Assembly: GCA_013265495.1 (NCBI GenBank)
Contig: MU062626.1
Location: forward strand, 186,001 to 250,000
Source: Vicugna vicugna
Lineage: Eukaryota
Direction of reading: 5' to 3'
Length of the DNA: 64,000 nucleotides
In this document: positions 12,994-25,230 of the stretch, piece by piece
Layout of the letters: each line of letters starts with the position of its first letter
Position numbering within the stretch: position 1 is the first letter of the stretch
Translations under genes and position numbers: made by a program
Notes under the pieces: generated by a model
What the model was told of the DNA's origin: nothing
The model's input: the letters and a program-made list of their open reading frames with translations, nothing else
The model's database searches: none

Positions 12994-13329
12994 TCAGCAA
13001 TATTTTAAATAGAAGAAAAATTGCCTTGAGAGTTTCAAGGCAATGTGATCTGAAGGGCCAAAAACAAACAAACCAACAAACCCCACCGAAAGCCAAAAAA
13101 TCCCCAAACCCGAAAGCAGGATGGGTGTGTCTATGCACAGGGGATTGCGGTGGTGGGGGAGGGGGTTATGGTCTAATTACTTGCCCAGACAGATACTTCT
13201 GGGAAGAGTGATCTGTCCCCCTCCCCTGCTCCTGCACCCCACAACTGCCCTATGAGAAAGGAGGTCACCTCCCTAAGATCAAATGGGTGGGAAGGCTGGG
13301 CTGAAAATTCCCCCTTGGGGGCCATATCA

Positions 13330-13548
13330 CCACACTGAGGACACATGGGATCTTGGAGGGGCTGTGAACCGATATTAGCTATTACAATGGTTTGGGGCCC
13401 TTCAAAGGAGCATAGCGTATGCGTATCATCAGATACACAGTATATCTGATCCGCTAAAGTTTCATGGAAGAGATGCTCACGAGGAAAAATGTCTAAAAAG
13501 GCTCCTTAAGGGGGGCATTAATACAAAAAAAATTTGAAAAACACTGAG
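13330..13548. mobile_element. hAT-Charlie-like fragment
   Basis: Ends aaaaggctccttaaggggggc...aaaaaatttgaaaaacactg, typical of Charlie/MER termini. Confidence 0.45.
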
Positions 13549-14009
13549 CTGATCACATCTCTCGGGCAGCACTTTTTCTTCCATGGATACATTATTTCAA
13601 ACATCTCTTATATGAAATCATGAGCCCCTGGTGCAGACGTGGCGCCCTCTGGGGTGTTATAAACGTAATTCCCCTACAAAGAGAGAGTCACCAGGCATTC
13701 AGGTTTGATTTACTTCTTTAATGAGGGAATCAGCAGGGAGACCAACGCGCTGGTTTGGAGCATTTGAAGGAGAGGGGTTGGGGGAGTCCTTAGGGAAACA
13801 GGGGCCTCATGAGATGGCCAGGTCAGATGCATGACTTTAACCTTCGACAGGGCAGGGAAACCAGAACAGCTTTTGGGCTCACATTTCCACCAGGTCATGC
13901 AGTCAAAACAATGTACCAGTTTCTGCAGTTAACGGCAAACCTTACAGTCCCTGGGGGCGTGAGGTGAGGGTCAGACAGGCTTACTGGGAGATGCTCCAGC
14001 ATCACATAA

Positions 14010-14440
14010 AACACGAAGCAGTTACCCCTCTTCTTTTCGTTAGCTTGGTGTGCAATTTTATTTAACGGGAGTACAGATTTATGATCACTGTTCTTCTGAC
14101 TGTTGCCAGTTGAACACCTCTGGAGTGTGGATCTCTGATTCCTGGTCTTCAAATGATGACCGACCTTCCAGATGAAGAATAATCTTGATTTACACACACA
14201 TCTATGCCCGTCAGGCTGATCTTAGCACGTGCGAGGCATTGATAAGGGGCCACTGGACCCTCCGTTGATTCAGGCAGTAAGGCAGGGTCAGGGGCGTCTC
14301 TGTTGCCGCGAACCCATTTCTCTTGAACATCGAGGTTGGACACGATCCGATTTGTGCTTCGGCCACCCTCGTCCCGGCTGCTGTGTGCGGAAGAACCGGC
14401 AGGAGACTGGAGCCGGGGGGACTGACTAGTCGGGAGGCTG
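14010..14440. promoter_or_regulatory. CpG-enriched repeat-free segment, candidate enhancer
   Basis: Elevated CpG; AGATTTATGA at 14075-14084, TGATTTAC at 14186-14193, TGATAA at 14240-14245. Function inferred. Confidence 0.35.
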
Positions 14441-17400
14441 CAGTGGTTTTCTTTTTAAAAATTTGAGTCGCATTTAACACTGCGGCTTAACAAATCCTTG
14501 GTGTCATTTCCCTGTTGAATGGAAAGAACACTTTTTGAGCATCTAGAATGGGCCAGGCATTGGAATAGGTATTTTCACACAGACTATTTGATTTCACCTT
14601 CACTCTGACTCTGGGAGGCAAACAGAATGTGTCATTATTTTTATCTGTTTTTACTTCTGAAGAGGCCACTGCTATTTCCTAAGTAAGATGTTGGGAGCTT
14701 TGATCGTGGCCATGGAGGTGGATGGACTTGAGAGCTACCATCAACTGACTGTGGGGATGGGTTGGAAATGGGGAGTGAGGCCAGAGAACTCCACCCACTG
14801 CACGTCCGATAAGCAGACCTCACAGCCCTCCTGGGGACATTGCACCACACCTGGATGCCTGTTTGAGGACCAGAGGACGGAAGGTGTGGAAGGAGGATCC
14901 TTGAGTTCAAGTCCCACTACCACCACCTATGTCTGTGGCCTGAGGATGGCTCACTGACCCTCTCCTGGGCTCACAGCTCAGGACTGAACCCTGGATCCGG
15001 GTAATGAACCCTCCGGGGCTCACCTCACAGAACAAGGTGATGACGAGTTCCATCAGAGGCGGCCCTGTGTGCTGTAAACGCTTCTCTGGGTCAGGGCTGT
15101 GCATCCATCTGTGCACTTTCCTACTAGGTCCTTGCCCTGCTTTCCCCTGCACAGCTTGCAAGAGACAGCTGGTGCTCAGTCTGGAAAGTGCTCCCTACAG
15201 GGCCTGCAGGGAGGACAGATGGGTCCTCTCCTGGCCTCTGCGTGTAAATTTTGGGAGAAGGTGTCTCTTCCTGATAGTCAAATTTAGGAAGGATGCCTGC
15301 AGCCCTGGGATGTGCAACTTTAGAGCAGTGGTCACTTTTTGAAGAGAAGAGTTGCCACCTCCTGGGAAGGTGTGTCTGTGGCCAGAGCACAGGGCCAGGA
15401 GCAGAGCCTCAGGGTCTGCATGCCCAAGCTCCACAAGCATGCTTTTCTCCCGTTTCCCACCTCCCCGCTGCCCGTCCCACTCATGGCAGGAGTCTTCGGG
15501 CAGCTGGGACCTGCTCCCGGTTTTGGGCAGGGTCTCAGGTGCACTCAGGTGTCATTCTGGGCCTTTGGGGGAGGACTCAGTACCTTTAAGTACTTGTTCT
15601 CCCTGGGAAAGTGGGGGCCTTGGGTAACCCTGGTTCTGGTGACAGAAACTGGGCTCCTCCTGGGGCATCCTGTGCTTCATCTTTGCCCATTTGTTTCCCT
15701 AAACCCGCTGATGGGTAAGAGCTGGCATTTAAGGTTCTCAGCGATTCACTGGCAATGCCAGCATCTTTCCAGAAGCTGGTGGTAGAAGCTGGGAGGAAGG
15801 TCATTACAAGTGCCCAGAGTCAGAACCAGCAGGCTCGGTCTCACAGTTCCCCTAGGGGTGTTTGCCTACACCTGAAAGGCCCAGAGGCCAGTAAAACATC
15901 CCCCTGTTCCCTCCCTGGGAACTTACCAGGTCCCCAAATCACAGCCAGACTGGCCTCGGCAGAGACCTCCCTGTCTCCCTGCTGTCACTGTGGAAAGGTG
16001 ACCTGACCTAGTGGGAGCTGGCACCCGCCCAGGGGCTCGGGGACACTTTGAGTTCATTCCTCGGCTTTGTCTCGCTCTCTCCGCCTCTGATGGAGGTGCC
16101 TGTGATTTACATGGTAGATTATTCTCCCTACTTGACTAGGGGGACTTCTAAATGTGTTTCCAAATAGCTCCAGAAGCAAATTTCTTGGGAACGATGCCTC
16201 AGCCCACTACAGTGAACCTTACCCCTCACCACCAACAGGGACCTGCTGGCCAGAAGGCAGCGTGGGACCAGGCATGGCTGCAGAGGAAATTGCATTACAG
16301 CTGCAGCCTGACTGATGAGAAATACAGAGTGTGGTGGACCAGAGGGTCCCTGCTGAAAACAAACGCTGTGAGGCTGTGGCTAGTTTCTGTTTTACAGATG
16401 CTGCTGCAAATATGTGTGTGCTGATTTGTGTGTGTGTAATGCTTAGTTTTAAGAATGTGGGAGGGTTTTGGGGGAAAGTGTGGCACCAAAGACGTCCTCT
16501 CATTCAACCTTGTCATTTTACTAGTGGTGAAACTGAGACTTAGGGAGAGTAGATGATAGCCCAGGATTTCACAGTCAGGTAGCCACTGGCACCGCCAGGA
16601 GCAGGCGTGACAGAGTGGAGACACCAGTGAGAACCCTGGGCAAGCCACTTAGCTCCCCATGCTTCGGTTTCCCCATCTTGTACTAGGGGCCCATCTCTCA
16701 GATACCAGCTCTAATGTTCCACTATCCTGGATTCCCTCCTGTACCTATTCTGGCTTTTCCATTTTCCAAAAACACAATTATTGATTGATTCCCTAAAATC
16801 AAATACTGCCAACTAGCATTACTTCTATTTGCCCATCATTAAAAATAAGGATAATTCCTTGGTCAATTTCAAAATGTTTCATTATAAAATGAGCCCAAAA
16901 GTAAAAACTTGCAATGCACCCAATTAATTATGGGAAACTAACAGTTAAGGGAAAACAACTAATATTTGGGTTCCTTTCTTTGAGAAATAGAAATGCAAAT
17001 ATTTTGCCTGATAGTCTCCAAGTTAGCATCATGTGAAAAGTGAAGTGTGGCACATATAATCCACCTAAATAGGTGTGTAAAATACACACCTTATATGAAT
17101 CAAGAAAAATTAATACGAATAACTTGGAAAGAGTTTCAAATGTAAGGCAGTCCTCTGGCTCTTTATGTTTTATCTGTTGTTTTATGGCATTATTATACAC
17201 AGCATTCTTTTATAACTTAGTCCAAATGTAAAGATCTCCAGAAGAGATTCTGTTAGTTCCCTTGGCCACCCATATCAGGACTGTAACAGTCTTGCCCATT
17301 AGAAGATCTTCTTTGTGTCTGTCCAGCCTAAATTTCTCACCTGGAAGCTGGGCTCTGAGGGCAGCTGAGGCCAATTCTTTCTGGCTCATCCCATGGGACT

Positions 17401-17899
17401 GATGCTTGGCGCTATTTTGGACCAGGGAGGGTCCTTGAAGTTGCCACATTTAGCAGCAGGCTGTGCTGGGGTGGAGTTAGCCCAGACTTGTGGTACATGC
17501 TGGAAGGAAGGTCAGCGGTGGGCACTTGGGAACAGGGCCCCTGAGGACAGGGTGCAGGAGGCAAAGCCAGTGAGTCGCAGGTGTGGAGTCAAAGACAAAG
17601 TACAGACCCCTAACTAAGCTTTCAGCTCAATCTGCATGAGCCCAGGAGGCAACTGCTGGGAGGCCTTCTCTCTCTCTGTCTTCTCACCTGTGAAAAGAGA
17701 AGATTGGACCGGGGTTTCTAAGACTTAGTCTGCTATGGGTGGTCTGGGTTGATTTTGTGTAGGCGGGAATGGTCACTTGGCTAAAATCATGTCTCTTAAT
17801 CTGTTCTCTCTGATTTTTCCTGCTGTATCTGTGAGAGGTGGGGTTTTTGTCAGTTGCAAGAGAAAGGGACTGTGCGTGAGATACATTAGGTGCAAAGAT

Positions 17900-18780
17900 G
17901 AAGGCACAGGCCGGGCGTGTATGCGAAGCACCGGATACAGCGGTGAACACCGCAGGCCGGGGTGCGCGCACTGGTGCAGCCACGAGACTATATGCGTGTG
18001 TGCTCAGAGCACCTCCTGCAGGCTACGCAGGAAATGCTCAGTTAAATAACGCCTCTGGGTCCAAGGGTGGAGGGGTTGACGTTGCATTTTAGAGCCTTTG
18101 GATCTTACGAGTTTTGTGCCATGTGAATGTATTTCTATTCGTATACATTAAGTAGTTTTATAAGGAGAAGAACGGACAGGCTGTGCGCGCCCACCTGCTG
18201 TTTTATGCTCTTGGTGTCTCTTGAGGAGGGGGAGGCAGGCTGTGATGACCCAGAGCGGCCACGTGGTGGCAGTGTTTCACTTTGATCCGCCCAAGGTAAC
18301 CCGTCCCGGTTTTAATGAACTCCACTGCGCTTGGGGCGGGGAGGCCCCCTCTAGGTTCAGTTTATGGTCCTCAAATGAAAATGCTAAATAAGATCCTGAG
18401 TGGAAAATAATGGCTGTAACAGATATCGCCTGGCTCCCCCCTGTCTACTTTCCTATTAAAACATCTCCCTGCTAAGAGCTCCTCAGTCACAGGCGGGGCG
18501 TGGGGTGGGGGTGTATTTTGCATAGAAGAATCTGAGGGAGAAGCTGGGCTGATGTAGGTAGAATGGGATGTAAGGGTGGAGAGGCAGAGAGCAAGACTGC
18601 GTCGACCAGGCAAGGATGCCGCCGGACGGGGTGAGCCCCCAGAACCTAGGGAAGGGACTGGCTTTAATGGAGAGTTTGTTTCCCTCACTGACCAGCTGGA
18701 GCTCCCAGGGCCTTTCTTTCTGAGGGGTCCGGGGGTGGGGGAGGGCGGCTTCTTCCCCACAAGCCTGGCAGAGGGCGAGG
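17900..18780. promoter_or_regulatory. Orphan CpG-rich island, candidate enhancer
   Basis: About 26 CpG in 17900-18350 (hand count); TTTTATAA 18156, TTTTATG 18201, TTTTAATGA 18310, TTTATGG 18361; CTCF-like CCACGTGGTGGCAG 18259-18272; no recognisable repeat. Confidence 0.45.
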
Positions 18781-19289
18781 CTGTGAAAAGTGAGGGAGGG
18801 GAAGCTGCAGGCATGAGGCCCCTGGGCAGTTCCAGGACCCCCCTGGGCTAAGTCCCTCTTTGGTGAGATTAGGGTGCTGATCTACCTTTGGGGTTCCACG
18901 GTCCCCAGTTCATGACTGTCCCCGATCACTGGGGGAATGAATTAAATACCCAGGTTCTGGGCCCCTGCCATTCCTCACTTTATTCTAGGGGTCTGGATTG
19001 GAGCCCAGGAGCCTGCACTTTTAATAAGCTCCCAGGAAAATCTCATGAGGGTTGAATCCAGTGTCTAGGGATGCTTGTACAGGACCATGGAATCGGCTCC
19101 TTTAAGCCGTGAGCTTTGTCTGCATTCATGTCCTGTAGATGCCACAGGACCTTCTTGGAGCAGGAAGCAGATTGTGTGCCTGGTGAGGTCTGTCCTTCCT
19201 CTAAGCCAGGACTTCCCGTGACGTCGGTGATGGCCCTCAAGGGCCCCTTTTGCATCTACTTCATAACCGGGGTGTCTTGACTTTAGGCT

Positions 19290-19640
19290 TTGGATTCTTT
19301 TTATTATTAAAAAAAGTGTAAATATATGCAAAAGTAAAGAGAATAGTGTAATGTAATGAGTCCTTATGTATCCATTACCTAGATTCAACAATTATTACGA
19401 TTTTGTTCTAGTGGTTTCACCTAACCCTATTTTTCTTTTTATTCTCTGTCTCTGATGAAATATTTTCAAGCAAAATCCAGGCATCTAGTCGTTTCTCCCT
19501 TACATGGAGCATTTTATTCATAATTTCTGTGCTATTATCATCTGTTAATAATAACTTCTTGATATCTTTTTATCCACAGTCCATACTCAAATTTCTTCAG
19601 AATTGTCTCCAAAAATGTTTTTTTTTTAAACATTTACTTT
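19290..19640 (-). mobile_element. Old L1M (L1MC/ME-like) 3' fragment
   Basis: aaatatatgcaaaagtaaagagaatagtgtaat...tatgtatccattacctagattcaacaattatt resembles the ancient L1 3' end. Confidence 0.55.
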
Positions 19641-20364
19641 GAGGTCTAGACTTTTGATGTTATCACCTCATATTTCCTAACACATGCAGTTGTAGAGACG
19701 CACTGATGGGACATTTAGAGTTCAGCACAACTCTGCAAACACAAACACAAGCCCTACAGGAAAGTGAGGGAGAGAGCCTCACAGACTCAGAGCTGGAAGG
19801 TCCTTGGAGGTCACTCAGTCCCGCTACCCCATGCTGGAGTCCTTGGACAGGATCAGGGCTGCTGCACATGCAGCGTTTCCTTGAGTGGCTTCCAGGGTCA
19901 CCCAGCAGGGAGAGCGTAGATCTGGCGTAGGGAGGCTCATTGGCCATCTGGCCCTGAGTGAATGACTTACCTATTCTGAGGACAGGACACTCTCACACTG
20001 ACATGTAGAGCAAGCAGAAGCTTGCTTATTGGATGGATCTCCATCTAGCCCTCTCTCCCACTTGGCCCTCTCTTATCCACTCCCTGAGCTGACGGAGTCC
20101 ACAGCATGCTGCCCGGGCTCGACTGGAGACGCTCCCAGAGCTGCTGGGGGACACACCCAGCAGCTGGGGGGCAGGCCTTCCGCAGGCAGTCGTGTTCTCC
20201 CCCAAAACTGCCCACACCAGGTCTACTCTGTAGTACATTCACAGAATTCAATTAAATGTTATGAAAATCGATGAACTATAGCGGTGGAAGGAAACATCCC
20301 TCCCTGAAATGGTTGATGGCAATGTAAAAACTTGGAATGGGTGAACTGATAAGAAACTGGCTTT

Positions 20365-20968
20365 CCCCCAGCTTTATTGAGGTATAATTAACAAATAACA
20401 TTGTGTAAGTTTAAGGTGTACACCTGATGAGTTGATACATGTATATACTGTGATTACCACAATGTTCAGTTAACATACGTCACCTCCCATGGCATTTTAT
20501 GGTGAGAACTTCTGAGGTCTACTCTCTTAACAACTTCAAACATGTAACACAGTATCGTTAACTATAGTCACCATGCTGTTCATCACATCCCTGGAACTTA
20601 ATCACCTTATAACTGGGGCTTCGTACCCCTTGACCAACCATCTCTCCATTTCCCCCACGCCCAGCCCCCTGGCCACTACCAATCTACCCTCTGCTCCTGT
20701 GAGTTTGACTTCTTTCTATTCTACCTGTAACTAAGTGATATCATACAGTATTTGTCTTTCTCTGTCTGACTTACTTCATTTAGCAGAAGTTATACAGGTC
20801 ACATTTTCTTTATCCATTCATCTGTCAGTGGACACAGGTTGTTTCCAGGTCTTGGCTACTGCAAATGATGTTGCAGTGAACTTGGGAGCACAGGTATCTC
20901 TTCAAAATAGTGATTTCATTTCCTTTGGATGTAGACTCAGGAGTGGAATTGCAGGATTCCAATAGTAA
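20365..20968 (-). mobile_element. 5'-truncated L1 (L1MA9/10-like) with TSD
   Basis: cagctttattgaggtataattaacaaataacattgtgtaagtttaaggtgtac... L1 3' end; 11-bp TSD AAACTGGCTTT at 20354-20364 and 20969-20979. Confidence 0.85.
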
Positions 20969-22229
20969 AAACTGGCTTTTGAATTAGGTGTAGAGGAGAC
21001 AGGTGTAAAGGTATGGTAAAAACCTGGGAAAAGTCTCCAATTTAGATTGCTCCTTAGGAGAGTTTTAATTCTTGCTCCACTTTCAAGAAATGGAAACTGG
21101 AACTCATGGTCAATACACAGAAGTGGAGTTTATGAAAGAAAGACCATGTGGATCCAATCAGCCGATCTATCCCCAAAGAAAGGCCTTGGGTCAACACCAA
21201 AGTGGGGTATGAAAAACATTCATATGTATTAAATTAAAATTAAATATTGGAGGTACGTATATGTTATCTTTTATGATTCCTTGCTGTAACTTTTTTTTCA
21301 ATTAACCACCATCTACAGTTGGATATAAGGATTCTATATTAATAATAAATGCTTGTATCAGAGGATGCATGAGAGCAAGAATTAAAATCACACACATCTT
21401 CCAGTTCAGTGCCTGGCACAGAGCAGGTGCACAATAAATACAGATCCTCATTCTCCTCTCTTTCCTTCTAATGCTAAGGAGCCTCAGCTTCCCAAGGCAG
21501 CTCATACCATTTCCAATGCCTCCTTGTAATTTCTCCCTGTCAGCCCTAGTTGTGTCTGTTGGGTGCACACGAAACCAAAGGCAGCTCTACATGTATTGGA
21601 AGACAACCGTGTTGTCCCTCCAGGAATTGTTTCTTCTCTGCAACCAACCCTTGTTCTTGTTTTTAACTGTCCTCAGATGAGACACTTTCAAGATTCTGCA
21701 CTCATTACTGTATGCATTCCTGCCTGGGCCCAATGCACCTGACCCGCGTGATACCCCAGATGCATGCGACATTCTATACGTAACACCATAGAACTACCCC
21801 ACCACTTTGCCGTATTCTGGACACCCCCTTCCAGTGAGGCCATCTGTCACTGCATGGGTGTTGTGACAGGGTCAGATGTTGCTGACACAGGCCTTGCTGC
21901 TCAAGTCCTTTCCTTAGAGGCAGCTGCGACGCCAGGCCTTCTCTGGCCTGAAACTGTATGTTTGATTTTTTCAGCACATATATGGAAATTGGTATGATTT
22001 TACATTTCATCTTGTTGGTTTCAGCCCAGTTTTCTAGCTTGAGTCCTTTTTTCCAGTGTTCTAATGCAGGTCATGTAGCAGATTAACTGTCTTTTCGAGC
22101 TTAATGTTGTCAGCTGATTTGGTAAGTGGGCCTTCGAGGTCTTTTTTCAAGCTGCTGGTATAATGGACAGTAAAGAGATTGGACATAGTCATGTGACACT
22201 TACAAGAGGTCCTGCCCTTCCCTCCCGTT

Positions 22230-22345
22230 CATTTAATATTCAATTCAACAAATATCTGTTAAGCTGCACATGTCAGGTGTTGTCCTAAATGCTGGGGATA
22301 CAGCAGTGGACAAAATGAAGAGAAATGCTGTCTTTATGAAGTTTA
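22230..22345 (-). mobile_element. L2 3' end
   Basis: attcaattcaacaaatatctgttaagc...ctaaatgctggggatacagcagtggacaaaa. Confidence 0.75.
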
Positions 22346-23349
22346 CATTTTAGTGGACATCATTTTGACTAAGTCCTACCCCCATCATATATATATTTAT
22401 TTATGCCTTTGCCCTTATTTAATTTAGCTCACATGTATTGATATTAAGAATTTATTGAGTATTTATCAAGTATTGAGCCCTGTTTCCGGTCTTTATGCGT
22501 ATGATAAATAGATGTTGCAGAACACATGGGCCCAGGTGTCCACCCACTGGATTGGTAAAAAGCTCATTATCTCACTCTTGGGATTCCCTCTCCTTTCTGG
22601 ATCATCCATAAACTTCTTGAAACATCTGCAATCTGAGAAGAAATTGCTCCAAACTTCTATTTTCAAATGGGGGGAAAAATCTTAAGTGTTGGCCAGCTCT
22701 CTGTAGTGGCTGTTTATTGACACTTGGGGGCGCTGCTGAACACAGATCGCCCCCGTTCAATTTGACCGTGTGGCCCCTGCCCCATGACCCAGTGCAGGTT
22801 GGTGTCCTTCAAAGGAAGGTGGGTCTTCCCTGCTCTGGGCCTGACTGGAGTTCCCTAGAGCAGTTGTTAGTCCTCAGTCATTCTCCCTTTCAGCTGACAA
22901 GTGGCTTCCCCTGAGGATCTGAAACCCCAGTTCTCTGAAGTTCTGAGAATATTTTGGGTAGGTGGTCGAAGAGATGGAGGAAACCAGGGGTTGAAGTGTT
23001 TTTCCTGTGCAGTCCTCAGAATCTAAAAAATGTATTCCATTCCCTGCTTGAGATAATGGTACTTGATCAAAGCCTTCCCAATTCTTTTTCTTTTAAAGTG
23101 GGAAAAAAAAAATCAGATTCCTTCCTAAGGAGAGGGATGGGCAAAGAAGTGCCCCTTTAGGGATGCTGCTGACCCCCAACTCCCCACCCCCCATTCATGC
23201 AGCAGTGGTGTTAATGGCAGTCGTGCAAGGGCGATGGTGCAAATAGGCTGGTGAGGAAGAAATTTCAAAATTAATGTATGAGCTTCAATTTTTCAGAGGC
23301 CTCTGTGCATCTTGAAATATCAGTGGAAAGAAAAGTATTCAGTGGGTCA

Positions 23350-23530
23350 CCCCGAAACATATACCTTATCTCATTTGATCCCCCAAATAGTCCTATAAGG
23401 TAGCATCATTTTGGCCATTTCATAGGTGAAGAAGCAGGTTTAGGGAGGTGAAGTGGCAGGACCTCTGTATGTAGGAGCTTGGAAATTAGGTCACTTGAAC
23501 TCTGAAGTCTGAGTTGGTCCACCACGCTGT
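23350..23530 (-). mobile_element. MIR SINE
   Basis: ggccatttcataggtgaagaagcaggtttagggaggtgaagt reverse MIR core. Confidence 0.65.
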
Positions 23531-23964
23531 GCCCCAGACTCCTGGCTTCTGTGTTGACCTGGAACTCCCTGCACCATCATTCAAGCGTGGAGGGGCTTTC
23601 TGGAGGGCTTGGAGACCCAGTGAATTTCTTATGGACCAAGAGCCCCAGAAATGACTTTTCCTTTGCAAAGAACTGCTGATTTGATCCCCTAAAATAATAC
23701 ATCTCATCAAGGCAACGTACTTAATGGGAATAGAAGGGTCATAATGTGCTGGAGCTAAAAAGAGACATTTGTAATGATGTAGCTGAGCTTGTTCTACTGA
23801 GTTGAAAGCTGAGGTTCAAGGAGATTAAATGACAGCTAGGCAGCGAAGGAACCGGTGGAGTAACCTGGTCTTATTCCCAGCCCAGGGCTTTTTAAAAACT
23901 CTTGATGACTTTAGCATAGAGGTCTTAGTTATTAGCATAATGAAAGTTATTGACATGTTAACAT

Positions 23965-24760
23965 ACATTGGACTTCCAGTTCTTGCCGAGACAGAGTAAT
24001 AGGTTTATTCTTCTACTATTAACAGCTATAAAACTGGGCAAAATACATGAGCAACTATTCTCAGGCATTGGACAGCGGGTGTCACAGGGCTGCAGTTTTT
24101 GAGAGAAGGGAAGAACACAAGGTGAAGTCCATTTTCATGCTGACTTTTCTCTGGAGGCATTTTCCGCACTGAAGGGAGTCTGGCTGGGGAGAGAACACAA
24201 AGACAGAAGGTCAAGGTTGCTAAGACTATGGACTTGCGGGTTTGGGTACCAGAAAGGAGGCTGTTGAAGAGAACTTGCCCCCTGAATCTGTTTAGGGACT
24301 TCTTCAAGTTCTTTGCTAAATCTTTACATACATACGCATTGAATGAGATTCTGTAAAGTCAGCTGAGAACAGCTTATGGAGGACTGAAAAGTGAAAAATG
24401 AACAATGATTTTAGAGGCTGCACATGTTAGAGAGATGTTGGAGTTCTGATTCAGCCAAAGTAGAGCTGGACACTTATTTGAGATCCCAGAAAGGCTCATC
24501 TCAGGAACAAGGACTATGTGTTAGGAATAAGGGACATGACATAGCATTGACAGCAAATTTGAAGTTGACCTGCCTTAACAAAGCCAAAACCCAAGTCTCA
24601 ACGGGATCAAGATGGCCTGTTAGTATTTAGCTGCTTGCCAGAACAAAATACCACATTTCTTAGGGGAATACCACAAAATTCAGAGTCTCTGCAATGTATC
24701 ATTCAAAATGTTCAGCACACACAAAAAAGATGTCTAGACAGGCAAAGAATAAAATTACAT
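23965..24760 (+). mobile_element. Old L1M 5'-region remnant
   Basis: Starts ggacttccagttcttgccgagacagag...ctataaaactgggcaaaatacatgagcaac, resembling recalled ancient L1 5' ends. Confidence 0.45.
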
Positions 24761-24893
24761 ACGTAGACCTTCCCTATGCATTGAAACATTTTTTTCTCAA
24801 TTGACTCTTTTTTTCCTTTGAGAATATTTCAGTTTGACTTAAATGATAAATGGAAATGGCATGTCTGGGCTTTAGCAATGGGATTGGATTTCT

Positions 24894-25230
24894 TTTTTCT
24901 TTTTCTTTTTCTTTTTTTCAATTGAGGTATAATTGACATATAACATTATATTAGCTTTTGATGTACAGCATAATGGTTCCATATTTGTATACATTGTGGA
25001 ATGATCACCACCATAAGTCTAGTTAACATCTGTCATCTTATACAGTCACAGATTTTTTTTTCTTATGATGATAACTTTGGAGATCTGCCCTCTTAGCAAC
25101 TTTCAAATATGCAAGGCAGTATTATTAACTATAGTCACCCGGCTGCACATTATATCCCCAGGACTTGTTTATTTTATAACTGGAACTTTGTACCTTGTGA
25201 CCCCCGTCACCCATTTGTCTCACTTCCCCA
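24894..25230 (-). mobile_element. 5'-truncated L1 (L1MA9-like) with TSD
   Basis: (TTTTC)n tail, then aattgaggtataattgacatataacattatattag...; 12-bp TSD GATTGGATTTCT at 24882-24893 and 25231-25242. Confidence 0.85.
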
